Shown in pieces: positions 37,301-49,105 of a stretch of 64,000 bases of DNA. Both the position numbers and the translations under genes were made by a program. The stretch is from Macrostomum lignano (lineage: Eukaryota), in contig NIVC01002455.1 in assembly GCA_002269645.1 (NCBI GenBank), positions 1 through 64,000 on the forward strand, given 5' to 3'. The notes under the pieces were generated by a model. That model saw only the letters and a list, made by a program, of their open reading frames with translations. It ran no database searches and was not told the origin of the DNA. Every line of letters starts with the position of its first letter. The stretch's first letter is position 1.

Positions 37301-40300
37301 CAGTTAGCAAGAAAAAAATTTCGATGCACATATATGAACAATGCGAACCAAGCAAATCCGCGCGTCTACCAAAGCCAACCCTACCCTGCGTGCTGTAATT
37401 GCATTTGTCAATGTACACACCCTATGAATCAGTGTCTCCTTCTTTGGAACACACGAAGGCATTAGTCAGAAAGTTTGGATGCAATTAAAAACTCTCTCGA
37501 TACTTTGCGTATAAACGAGTAATCGATTGAATCAATTGTACACTTGACACATTTAATTACGTGCTGCCATGCAACGGAAAGACAGGATAATGGGGTGGGT
37601 GGTCACGCAGCCTCATTCTCTCTTTCCTACTGATTTTTCATTATCTATCAATCTCAGCTCTTTCCGGGGCAACTCGCGCATTTGTGCATAGTTCCTCATC
37701 AGATTTACCACATGTTCATTTACATGTGATGTACATATGCAAGCGGCAGCCGATTTAAACCTGAGAAATGGTTGAAGCACTCCCCCGACTATGACTAAAT
37801 GCACGTACGTTCAGTCAAATACAGGAAAATTTGACACCCGTAGTATGAAGATGAAATCTTCACGAAAGCTTCACATGTTTATCTTTCTCTGGGGAAATGA
37901 CGATAGTTTCTCAATAAAAATCTGTCATAGGCCCAATATAGCAGTTTAAATATTTTCACGAAAATGTCGCATTATTCAAAGAACTGATTTTTGCAAACTC
38001 TACTGTCAGTAGGAAGATGAGTTTTCATAGAGACATTTTGTAAAAAATAGACTAAACTTTCAAATCATTCGTTTACACAGTAGAGACAGGGACTGTGCTG
38101 CGCACAGTCACGGTCCGGCCACCCTCCGCCCGCGCCGCCGCCTCTCAATGAATGTAAAATAGGAGTGTTAGTTCATGTATTAATGCTCCTTGACCTGCAA
38201 AAATTATACGGTTGCTAGGCAGTGTCGTAACACAGGACATGAGTTTTTCTGTAAAGTAATAATAACCCCACCATTAATATAGACAGTTGGTCGTGTAAAC
38301 GAATGATTTGAAAGTTTAGTCTATTTTTTACAAAATGTCTCTATGAAAACTCATCTTCCTACTGACAGTAGAGTTTGCAAAAATCAGTTCTTTGAATAAT
38401 GCGACATTTTCGTGAAAATATTTAAACTGCTATATTGGGCCTATGACAGATTTTTATTGAGAAACTATCCTCATTTCCCCAGAGAAAGATAAACATGTGA
38501 AGCTTTCGTGAAGATTTCATCTTCATACTACGGGTGTCAAATTTTCCTGTATTTGACTGAACGTACGTGCATTTAGTCATAGTCGGGGGAGTGCTTCAAC
38601 CATTTCTCAGGTTTAAATCGGCTGCCGCTTGCATATGTACATCACATGTAAATGAACATGTGGTAAATCTGATGAGGAACTATGCACAAATGCGCGAGTT
38701 GCCCCGGAAAGAGCTGAGATTGATAGATAATGAAAAATCAGTAGGAAAGAGAGAATGAGGCTGCGTGACCACCCACCCCATTATCCTGTCTTTCCGTTGC
38801 ATGGCAGCACGTAATTAAATGTGTCAAGTGTACAATTGATTCAATCGATTACTCGTTTATACGCAAAGTATCGAGAGAGTTTTTAATTGCATCCAAACTT
38901 TCTGACTAATGCCTTCGTGTGTTCCAAAGAAGGAGACACTGATTCATAGGGTGTGTACATTGACAAATGCAATTACAGCACGCAGGGTAGGGTTGGCTTT
39001 GGTAGACGCGCGGATTTGCTTGGTTCGCATTGTTCATATATGTGCATCGAAATTTTTTTCTTGCTAACTGCTTCTATGGGGATGTATAGATGACGTAATC
39101 AGAGATAGGGCTTTGGTTGGGGGAGGCTGGGTCCGTGCTGTGAAAAGATCTGCTTGCTTCGTCAAAATGTACATTGGGATTGAGAGAGAGGCCGGTCGAA
39201 TTTCGTTGACAACTAGAAATGGAAAGGTTTGGTCAGAGAATAGGGGTGTATGTGTGTTTTGGCTTTATTCAAAATGGTCTGTGCTGCGAAGACGAGTCCA
39301 TTGACCATTGGGTGTTTGCTGTTTTGCCAATTCAGTATACTGAACCTGTTAAACTGATTGCCTCATGAGTCACTTTTCTGGGGTATGTGTAGGAGAGAGA
39401 GGCCTGAGAGAGACAAGGGCTCGATTTGGGTGGGTCCTCTGGCCCCATTCGTATTGGCTAATTTGGCGAATTGGCAAATCTACTTGCATGGGTTAAATTA
39501 TTGAATATGGTCAGAGTTGAAGAATTTGGAGGATGAATCAAGATGTAAAGTTGGCAAAAACAACACTGATTCACCACATCTAAAAGATGACTGCTAGGAG
39601 CTTCGGAAATAAGACTACTGTACACAGCAGCATCAACAAAGGGTATTAAATTGTCAATCAAAATCGACCCGTAGATGTGCGATTTTGCATGGTCCACAGT
39701 GTTCATATGTGCATCGAAAAATTTTGTTTCTTGCTAACTGCTTCTATGGGGGAGGTGGATGACGTAATCAAGATAGGGTTTTGGTTGGAGGAGGCTCAAT
39801 ATATGAGTCTGTGCTGTGAAAATATCTGTTTGTACACTGAAATTGGAGAGGGAGGGTCGGAATTCCTTGACAGTTAGAAATGGTAAGGTCAGAGAGACAG
39901 GGACGAGTGGTTCTGTTCTACATGGGTCTGTGCTGTGAAGACGAGTCTAATATGACCATTGGGTGTTGGCTGTTTTGCCAATTCAGTAATACACTAAACC
40001 TGTCCAGCTGATTGCCGCATGAGTCACTTTTCTCGGTGGGTGCAGAAGGAGAGAGAGAGAGGTCTGGGAGGGACAGTTTAAATGTCAATCGAAATCAACG
40101 GGCCGCTTCGCCGACTGTATATGTTAAAATTATTATAGCTAGGTTTATAGCAAACTGTAGGTTTTAACCCAATATTCAAGAATAATCCCTTCCCTGACTT
40201 CTTGAGGGGTATTACACGTACCAAATACATACATTTGAATGATGAAACAGCATTAAGTTGTAAAAATTATGGTTTCTGCTGATGAAGTGATTAATTTTGT

Positions 40301-41979
40301 TCAATAAAGTCAGCATTTTAACGTTAAAAAGAGTAAAAACTGTGAAAATTGACCTTTTTAAAACGAAAATGTGCAATTTCTAGTAATTTAGTTTTCAATG
40401 AAAATGTCTTGGGTGGAATTCCAACTTGGGCCGGGGTGTGCATATGGAGATCAGTGTGTGACTCATTCCTGCTCGAAAGCTGTCTCTTGCCAACTTTGAA
40501 ATCAGCATTTGGACAAATTAGCGGTTGAAATTATGGCTTTTGGGATGAAACTACTAAGTTTGATCAATTCGCATTTCGCATTTTAACGTTAGAAAATAAT
40601 AAAACTGTGAAAATTGGCCTTTATTAAACGAAAGAATGAGAAATTCTAAGAATTAGCTTTAAAAAACCATGGCTTTAGTGGAAATTGGACTGGCTCGGGT
40701 AATCCGTGTGCGATTATAATTCCTGCTCAAAGCTGTCTCAGAGTTCCAGAAGTAGCATTTGTGATAATTTTGTGTTAAAATTGTGGTTTTTAGTGATGAA
40801 ACTACTGATTTTGATCAATAAAGTCTGCATTTTAACGTAAAAAATGCGTAAAAACTGTGAAAATTTGTATTTCTTAGGAAAAAATGCTCATTTCTAGCAA
40901 TTTAGGCTTCAATAGCCATGTCTTTGGATGATTTTGGGCTAGCTTGTGTATGTTTGTGTGGGGTTCATTCCTGCTTAAACGCTGTCTAAGGTCAAGTTGA
41001 AAGCGACATTTGGACAAATTAGTTGTTGAAAGTATGGTTTCTAGTGATGAAACTACTGATTTTGATCAATAAAATCTGCATTTTAACGTAAAAAATGCAT
41101 AAAAACTGTAAAAATTGTATTTTCTTATGAAAAAATGCGCATTTCTAGCAATTTAGGCTTCAATAGCCATGTCTTTGGATGATTTTGGGCTGGCTTGTGG
41201 ATGTTTGTGTGGGGTTCATTCCTGCTTAAAAGCTGTCTAAGGTCAAGTTGAAAGCGACATTTGGACAAATTAGCTGTTGAAAGTATGGTTTCTAGTGATG
41301 AAACTACTGATTTTGATCAATAAAGTCTGCATTTTAAGGTTAAAATCGTAAAAAAACGGTGAAAAGCTGCATTTTAATGAAAAAAATGTGCATTTCTAGT
41401 CATTTAGCTTTTAAAATAACCTAATTTCTTGTCTGAAATTCCAACTTTACTTTGTATGGAGAGGTCAGTGCATGATTCATTCCTGCTTCTAACAGATTAA
41501 ACCGTCTCAAAGACCAAATCTGAAAGCTTGAAGTGAGAGGCAGGGGAGGCGGAGAAGCAGAATTGAATAGCCTCACGTATTTAAATTTGTGGACTTCACT
41601 ACTTCTAGTATAACGCAAGGGTGACTTATACTATTTACAAAGTTTAGATCAAGTAAATCAGAATTGCATGCGGTGGAGACACTGATTCATAGGCTGTGTA
41701 CATTTACAAATGCATCTGGGGTTTGTCAATGCTGGTAGAGGTTGGTGGACTCGGATTTGCTCAGATTCGTGGGGTTGATGTGTGCATTCTTGCTATCTGG
41801 GGCGGCATGGATGACGTAATCGGAGAAGAGAGGGGTTTTGCTGAATGAAGTTTAATATAGGGATCGGTGCTGTGGAAAGATCTGTCTGTACACTGAAAAA
41901 TGGAGAGAGGGTTGAAATTCCTTGGCATTTAGAAGGGGGACAGAGAGAACAGGGGCGAGTGTTAAAATTTAGCTCGATA
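34392..41979. repeat. Uninterrupted inner palindrome: 3687-bp arms around a 214-bp spacer
   Basis: 34392-38078 is the reverse complement of 38293-41979. One mismatch was seen by eye (37901/38470); an alignment was not run. Confidence 0.95.
34960..36110. repeat. ~250-bp tandem subrepeat within the fold-back arm (3 close copies plus 2 degenerate), mirrored at 40261-41411
   Basis: The motif aaaatgcaga(c)tttattgatcaaaatcagtagtttcatcact recurs near 35036, 35288 and 35539. Confidence 0.85.
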
Positions 41980-42203
41980 CTAGCAATCTACGCCCCCCGT
42001 TGGGGAGCCAAAGAAATGCAATACACGTTTTTTTAATAAGCTACATGTATCCTTGAAATCTTAAAAAATCTCCTGTCAAACCTTGTAAGCCTTGACATGT
42101 CAGTAATTCCCCCCCCACAAGCTTTAACATATCAACTTCCCCCCTTGACATCTCAGCAATGCCCCCAATAAGCCTTGGAAATCTAAAAATATCTGTCAAC
42201 CTT

Positions 42204-42254
42204 CTAACCCTAACCCTAGCCTAACCCTAACCCTAACCCTAACCCTAACCCTAA
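42204..42254 (-). repeat. Interstitial telomere-type tract, (CCCTAA)n on the plus strand, ~8 units; degenerate copy at ~42468-42515
   Basis: ctaaccctaaccctagcctaaccctaaccctaaccctaaccctaaccctaa, within a ~290-bp duplicated block. Confidence 0.9.
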
Positions 42255-42919
42255 AGCATTGAAATTTCAGTAATTCTCTCTAAGAGTCATTATAGCACTA
42301 CTACAGCATTATAGCGATTCCCTGCAAGCCTCGACATCGTAGGGATTCCCAAATGAATCTCTTAACTTCGACATGAAGCTTCTTGTAAGCCTTGACATGT
42401 CAGCGATGGCCCCCATTAACCTTGAAATCTAAAAAATCCCCTGTTAACCTTGAAACCCGATAAAATATAACCCTCAACCCAAACCTGACCTAAACCTAAC
42501 TTTAACCCAACCTAAAGCCTTGAAATCTCAGCAATTCTTCTCCCCTAAGCCTTGACATTTTAGTGATTCCTTCTTTAAGAATCACAGCACTATAACGATT
42601 TCCACCAAGCTTTGACATCGTAGCAATTCCCAAATGAATCTTTTAACTTCGACATGACTTTTCTTTTATGTATACATAGTGCTACTTTTATTTTTTACAT
42701 GACTCTTCTTCTATCAGCGCCCCCCGTGGCGAGCCAACAAAGAATGCAATAAAAAATTGAGTAAAGTACATGAACTTTGAAGTAGCTTCTGACTGTTGCT
42801 TTGACATCTCAGAAACCCCCCCCCCTCCGTAATCTCAGTTATTCTCTGATCAGTTATTCTCTGAGAGCCTTTACGTCTCAGTTTTTCTCCCCAGCACAGC
42901 ATTATAGCTGCATTTAATT

Positions 42920-44350
42920 TTTACATGACACCCTTCATGTCTGACATGACGCTTCTTTTATTCTACCATGATGCTTCTTAATTTTTTAAATGACACTTTC
43001 ATTAGCTTTTAAATGAGGCTTCTATGATTTTTTCATGACGCTCCTATGATTTTTTTACATGACGCTTCTATGATTGTTTACATGACGCTTCTATGCTTTT
43101 TATATGACGCTTCTATGATTTTTACATGAAGCTTTTATGATTTTTTACATGACGCTTCCATGATTTTTTACATGACGCTTCTATGATTGTTTACATGACG
43201 TTTCTATGATTTTTTTACATGACGCTTCTATGACTGTTTACATGACGCTTCTATGCTTTTTATATGACGCTTCTATGATTTTTACATGACGCTTCCATGA
43301 TTTTTTACATGACGCTTCTATGATTGTTTACATGACGTTTGTATGATTGTTTACATGACGCTTCTATGATTTTTTTAAATAACGCTTCTATGATTTTTTT
43401 TAAATAACGCTTCTATGATTTTCAAATGACGCTTCTATGATTTTTTACATGACGCTTCTATGATTGTTTACATGACGCTTCTATGATTGTTTACATGACG
43501 CTTCTATGATTGTTTACATGACGCTTCTATGATTGTTTACATGACGCTTCTATCATTGTTTACATGACGCTTCTATGATTGTTTACATGACGCTTCTATG
43601 ATTTTTAAATGACGCTTGTACGATTTTTTACATGAGGCTTCTATGATTTTTTACATGACGCTTCTATGATTGTTTACATGACGCTTCTATGATTTTTTAC
43701 ATGACGCTTCTATGATTGTTTACATGACGCTTCTATGATTGTTTATACGACGCTTCTATGATTTTTACATGACGCTTCTATGCTTTTTACATGACGCTTC
43801 TATGATTTTTTACATGACGCTTCTATGATTGTTTCATGACGCTTCTATGATTTTTTACATGGCGCTTCTATGATTGTTTACATGACGCTTCTATGATTTT
43901 TTACATGACGCTTCTATGATTGTTTACATGACGCTTCTATGATTGTTTAAATGACGCTTCTATGATTGTTTACATGACGCTTCTATGATTGTTTACATGA
44001 CGCTTCTATGATTGTTTACATGACGCTTCTATGATTGTTTACATGACGCTTCTATGATTTTTTACATGACGCTTCTATGATTGTTTACATGACGCTTCTA
44101 TGATTGTTTACATGACGCTTCTATGATTGTTTAAATGACGCTTCTATGATTGTTTACATGACGCTTCTATGATTTTTTACATGACGCTTCTATGATTGTT
44201 TACATGACGCTTCTATGATTTTTTACATGACGCTTCTATGATTGTTTACATGACGCTTCTATGATTTTTTACATGACGCTTCTATGATTGTTTACATGAC
44301 GCTTCTATGATTTTTTACATGACGCTTCTATGATTTTTACATGACGATTC
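42920..44350. repeat. ~23-bp satellite (acatgacgcttctatgattgttt), ~60 units
   Basis: Direct reading. Units vary in T-run length and homogenise towards the right. Confidence 0.96.
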
Positions 44351-44939
44351 TTTTTAAAAAGTCTTTTAGTTTTCCTGACGTTGAAAAGCTTTAATTAAAA
44401 AATTATACTCTATGAAAATTCGAACCATCGTCGCTGCATTTAACAGTTCAGTTTGTTCACCTCTAGGCTAGCTCTCATCGTTTTGATAACATCAAATTTT
44501 GCACTTATATAATTCAACACTTTAAAATCCAAGCATAGAGTAAATCACACGAAGCAGTTATGACATAATCAGTTTCTCAGTCAGTCAGTATCAGTTAACA
44601 ATATGGTTACGCAATCTAAATCAAGTCTGGTGCTACGCTTCCACACTGCATTTTCAATTCAAGTCGGAGTTACAATTCAGTTATGATGCAATCTATTTCA
44701 GAATCAGAATTCAACCAGTCAGTTTTTTCTCTAGCATTCTTACAATGCATTTCAAGTCGAAAAGTTTGCTTGACCTTTGAAAAAAAGCATGTTTTTCGAA
44801 TATTTAATGCCTTTAGCATCAAGAAATTTCTTAGCCACGATGCATGTACAGTCACGGGAAAATTTCTGATCGAACAGTGCAAGTTCGAACAAAATCGGTA
44901 CAGCCATTTTTTCTCTAATCGATCACATAGACACAGACA

Positions 44940-47900
44940 GACCATTTTTAGTATATACGAGTGGAACTCCTCCTTCGGAGGAGAAAGGGGAAGAACTCCC
45001 ATCACCGGAATTCCATTCCCTGAAATCCATCAGCTGAAACTCCATGTCTTGAATCCCATCTTCCAAATCGTCTCCAAATTCTTTACAAAACCTTTGAAAG
45101 ACCATAGCTCAAAGACTCTCACGTCTATCATATCTCCTCTCTTCTCTCTTCGCTATTATCGTGACTCTCTTCTCTCTCCTCTCTCTCATCTCATCTCTAC
45201 CCCTACTCCCTTATTTATATCTTCTCCCTGGTCTTTCGTCTCTACTCTCTCCTGTCTCATTTCTCCCCTCTTTTCTCCTCTCTTCTCTCTCCCCTCTCCT
45301 CCCTCATCTCTCATCCTTCATCTCACTCTTTCTTTCTTCTCTACTCTCCCCTCTCTTCTATTTCCCCTGTACGCTCTTATCCCTCATCTCTATTCTCTCT
45401 CCTATCATCTCTCCAAATTCTTTACAAAACCTTTCAAAGACCATAGCTCAAAGACTCTCACGTCTCTCATATCTCCTCTCTCATATCTCTTCCCTCATCT
45501 CACTCTTTCTTTCTCCTCTACTCTCCCCTCTCTTCTATTTCCTCTGTACGCTCTTATCCGTCATCTATTCTCTTTCCTACTTATCTCTCTTGTCTCCCTC
45601 TGCTATCTCATATCTCCCCTCTCATCTCCTCTCTCCTCTTCTCTTCTCTCTCCCTCTTCGTTTCCGCCTTACTCCCCTCTTCTCTTCCATCGGTCATGTC
45701 TAATCTATCCACTCATTTCTACTCTGTTTTATACCATCTCATGTCTCTTCTCTTTTCGATCTTCTCTTTACTCTCTTTTATGACTGATTGAAGATGCCAA
45801 ATCTATCAAGATCCTCTCCGCGAAGCAGAAATCCTCTCCGTGAAACTGAAAACCATTGAAATCCTCTCCGCGAAACAGAAATCCTCTCCGTGAAACTGAA
45901 AACCATCGAAATTCTCTCTTTAAAACTGGACTCAATCGAAATTTTCTCCGTCAAAAAGAATAAATTAGGATTCATTGGTTAGGGTTATTGTTAGGGTTAG
46001 GGTTAGGGTTAGAGCTACACACAGCTGCGTGTTTAAATAAAAAATTGAGCCAATTGAATCAATTGATTGCGCAACCGATTTCAAAGTCAGTCAGTATCAG
46101 TCTCAGGTAAAGTGAACAAAAAGATTGCGCAATTTAAATCAACCCTCCAGTACACAGAGACCGGCCCTTTTTCAATACGCAGTGGCAGTTAGAAATTGAA
46201 CCCGGGTGTTGGGGGCATTGAACTAAAAATGAGTACAATCTTTGCAGAAAGCTAAAAGTATGGAAATAGTTTTTGTATGCTGTGCTTTTAGTCTTTATAT
46301 TTAAAGCAAACAATTTATATCCTCGAACTCAGCGTTGCAAGATCTTTTCAGCAGTATAAGTCTCTTCTCTTAAAGTTTAGAACTCGAAGAGCAGTTAGCG
46401 TTTGAAAGTTCCCGTTTTAAAGCATTGAAATATCGAGTGTACGTTCACTGCCTGCCAAAGAGGCTCGCAAGTTTATTCATTCATTACACAGGCCGGCTAT
46501 TACACAGGGCAGCCTATTAAAAGGCACAGATAATGAAACAAATTGATGTCGCAACCGATTTCACAGTCAGTCATTATCAGTCTCAGTTAAAGTTAACAAA
46601 AACATTGCGCAATATAAATCAACCCTCCAATCCACAGCAGTAGTGAGAAGTTGAACCCTCCCCCCAACTTTATCTATTTCGTCTCGCAAAACTGAGTACA
46701 ATATTTGCAAAAAGTTAAAAGTATGGAAATAGTTTTTCAAATGCTGTGCTTTTTCTTTTCATATTTAAAGCAAACAATAGTTATCCCCGAACTCAGCGTT
46801 GCAAGATCTTGCCAGCAATATAAGTCTCTTCTTTCAAAGTTTAAAACTCGAGGAACAGTTAGCGTTTGAAACTGTCTGATTTATAGCATTGAAGTATCGA
46901 GTGTACGTTCACTGCCTGCTTGCAAGTTGATGCATTGAATTTCAATGTCAAACAAATACACAGGGCTGCCCATTGAGAGGCAGGAAAACTTATCAGTAGC
47001 CATATCATTGCGCAATTATCTATACAGTCAGCCAGTGAGCCAGGGTCCAAGTGGACACACGCAGCCACTGAGAACGCTCCCACCCCCCACTGGAAAGAAA
47101 ATACACTACAGAGATAGGGAAAAGTTGTGGCGCAATCACTAAAAATTCGTGCATTTTTTCAGCTCCAAGCAGAAAGAGGGGACAAATAAGATTATCAAAG
47201 GTCAAAACCGCCGTTTTCTGCTTTTTTAGGGATCTTAAAATGTAAAAATGAAAGATTAAAATAGCCTAAAGCCATCCTCGGAAAATTTGCAGTTTTCCAA
47301 TATAAGTTTCAACGCTGAGTTGCAAGTATTCTAGGAGGAGTTATGCAACAGACAAACAAACACACAAACATCGCACCAACTTTAGTATATACGAGGCCAA
47401 CTCCTCCTTCGGAGAAGAAAGGGGAAGAACTCCAATCAGCGGAATTCCATTCCCTGAACTCCATCAGCGGAATCCCATTTTCCAACACCTCTCCGCGCAA
47501 CAGAAATCGTCTCCGTGAAACTGAACACTATCGAAATCCTCTCCGTGAAACTGAACACCATCGAAATATTCTCCGCGAAATAGAAATCCTCTCCGTGAAA
47601 CTGGACTAAATCGAAATTTCTACGTCAAACAGCCCAGCTCTCAGAATTCATTGGTTAGGGTTAGGGTTAGAGCTACACACAGCTGCGTGTTGAAAGGCGC
47701 CGTAAAAACATTGAACCAATTAAATTGCGCAACTTATTTCTCAGGCAGTCAGTATCAGCCTCAGTTAAAGTTAACAAAAAGATTGCGCAATCTAAATCAA
47801 CCCTCAAATACACAGCAACCGACCCCCTTCCAATACGCAGTGCAGCTAGAAATTGAACCCCCCCCCACCAACTATTGGGGGGTCGGTCGAACCCCCATTG

Positions 47901-49048
47901 AACTCCAAAATGAGCACAATCTTTGCAGAAAGCTTAAAGTATGAAAATCTTTTCTTGAATGCTGTGAATTTAATTTTCATATTTAAAGCAAAAAACTTAT
48001 ATCCCCGAACTCATCGCAGCAAGATCTTTCCAGCAATATAAGTCTCTCCTCTCTAAGTTCAAAACTCGAGCAACAGTTAGTGTTTGAAACTTTCTGATTT
48101 TAAGCATTGAAATATCGAGTGTACCTTCACTGCCTGCTAAAGATGCTCGCGAGTTTATGCATTAAAATGCACTGAATTTCACTGTGCAAAAAATACACAG
48201 GGCTTCGTGTTAAAAAACAGAACACAAATAGTTGCGCAATTGTCTATAAAGTCAGCCAGTGAGCCAGGGTCCAATTGTACACACGCCGCCAATGAGAACG
48301 CGCCCATTCCCCCACAGGAGAGAAAATGCACTGGCGACATAGGAAAAAGTTGTGGCGTAATCACTCAAAATTTATGCAAATTTTCAGCTCCGAGCAGAAA
48401 AAGTGTCCAGAGAAGGTTAGGAAATCAGATTTCTGCTTTTTTAGGGATCTTAAAATTAAAAAATGAAAGATTAAAACAGCCTAAAGCCGATTCCGGAAAA
48501 TTTGCAGTATTCCCATATAAGTTTCAACGCTGAGTTGCACGTAGTCTAGGAGGAGATATCCTACAAACAAACAGACAAACAAACAAACAAACAACGCACC
48601 AACTTTAGTATTAAAATACGAGTGGAACTCCTCCTTCGGAGGAGAAAGGGGAAGAACTCCCATCACCGGAATTCCATTCCCTGAATTATCCATCAACTGA
48701 AATTCCATGTCTTGAACCCCATCTTCCAAATCGTCTCCAAATTCTTTACAAACCTTTCAAAGACCATAGCTCAAAGACTCTTACGTCTCTCATATCTACT
48801 CTCTCCTCTCTTCGCTATTATCGTGACTCTCTTCTCTCTCCTCTCTCTCATCTCATCTCTACCCCTACTTCCTTATTTATCTCTTCTCCCTCGTCTTTCG
48901 TCTGTACCCCTCCTGTCTCCTCTGTTCTCTGTTCTATCACATCTCTATTCTTCACTTCTGTCTCCTGTCTCCTCTCTTCTCTCTTATCTCTCCTTCTTCT
49001 CTTCTCTCTCATATGTCATCTCTACTCACTTATCTATCGTCTCTCTTA

Positions 49049-49105
<57 letters not shown>

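Noticed and set aside
33688-41618. Short ORFs in the fold-back arms as transposase or viral genes
   Set aside because: All are under 120 aa with no DDE, pPolB, ATPase or capsid motifs. They are duplicated only because of the palindrome.
42714-42732. CTCF-like site (gcgccccccgtggc)
   Set aside because: It is an imperfect match, and the sequence is explained as a Helitron-type terminal hairpin.
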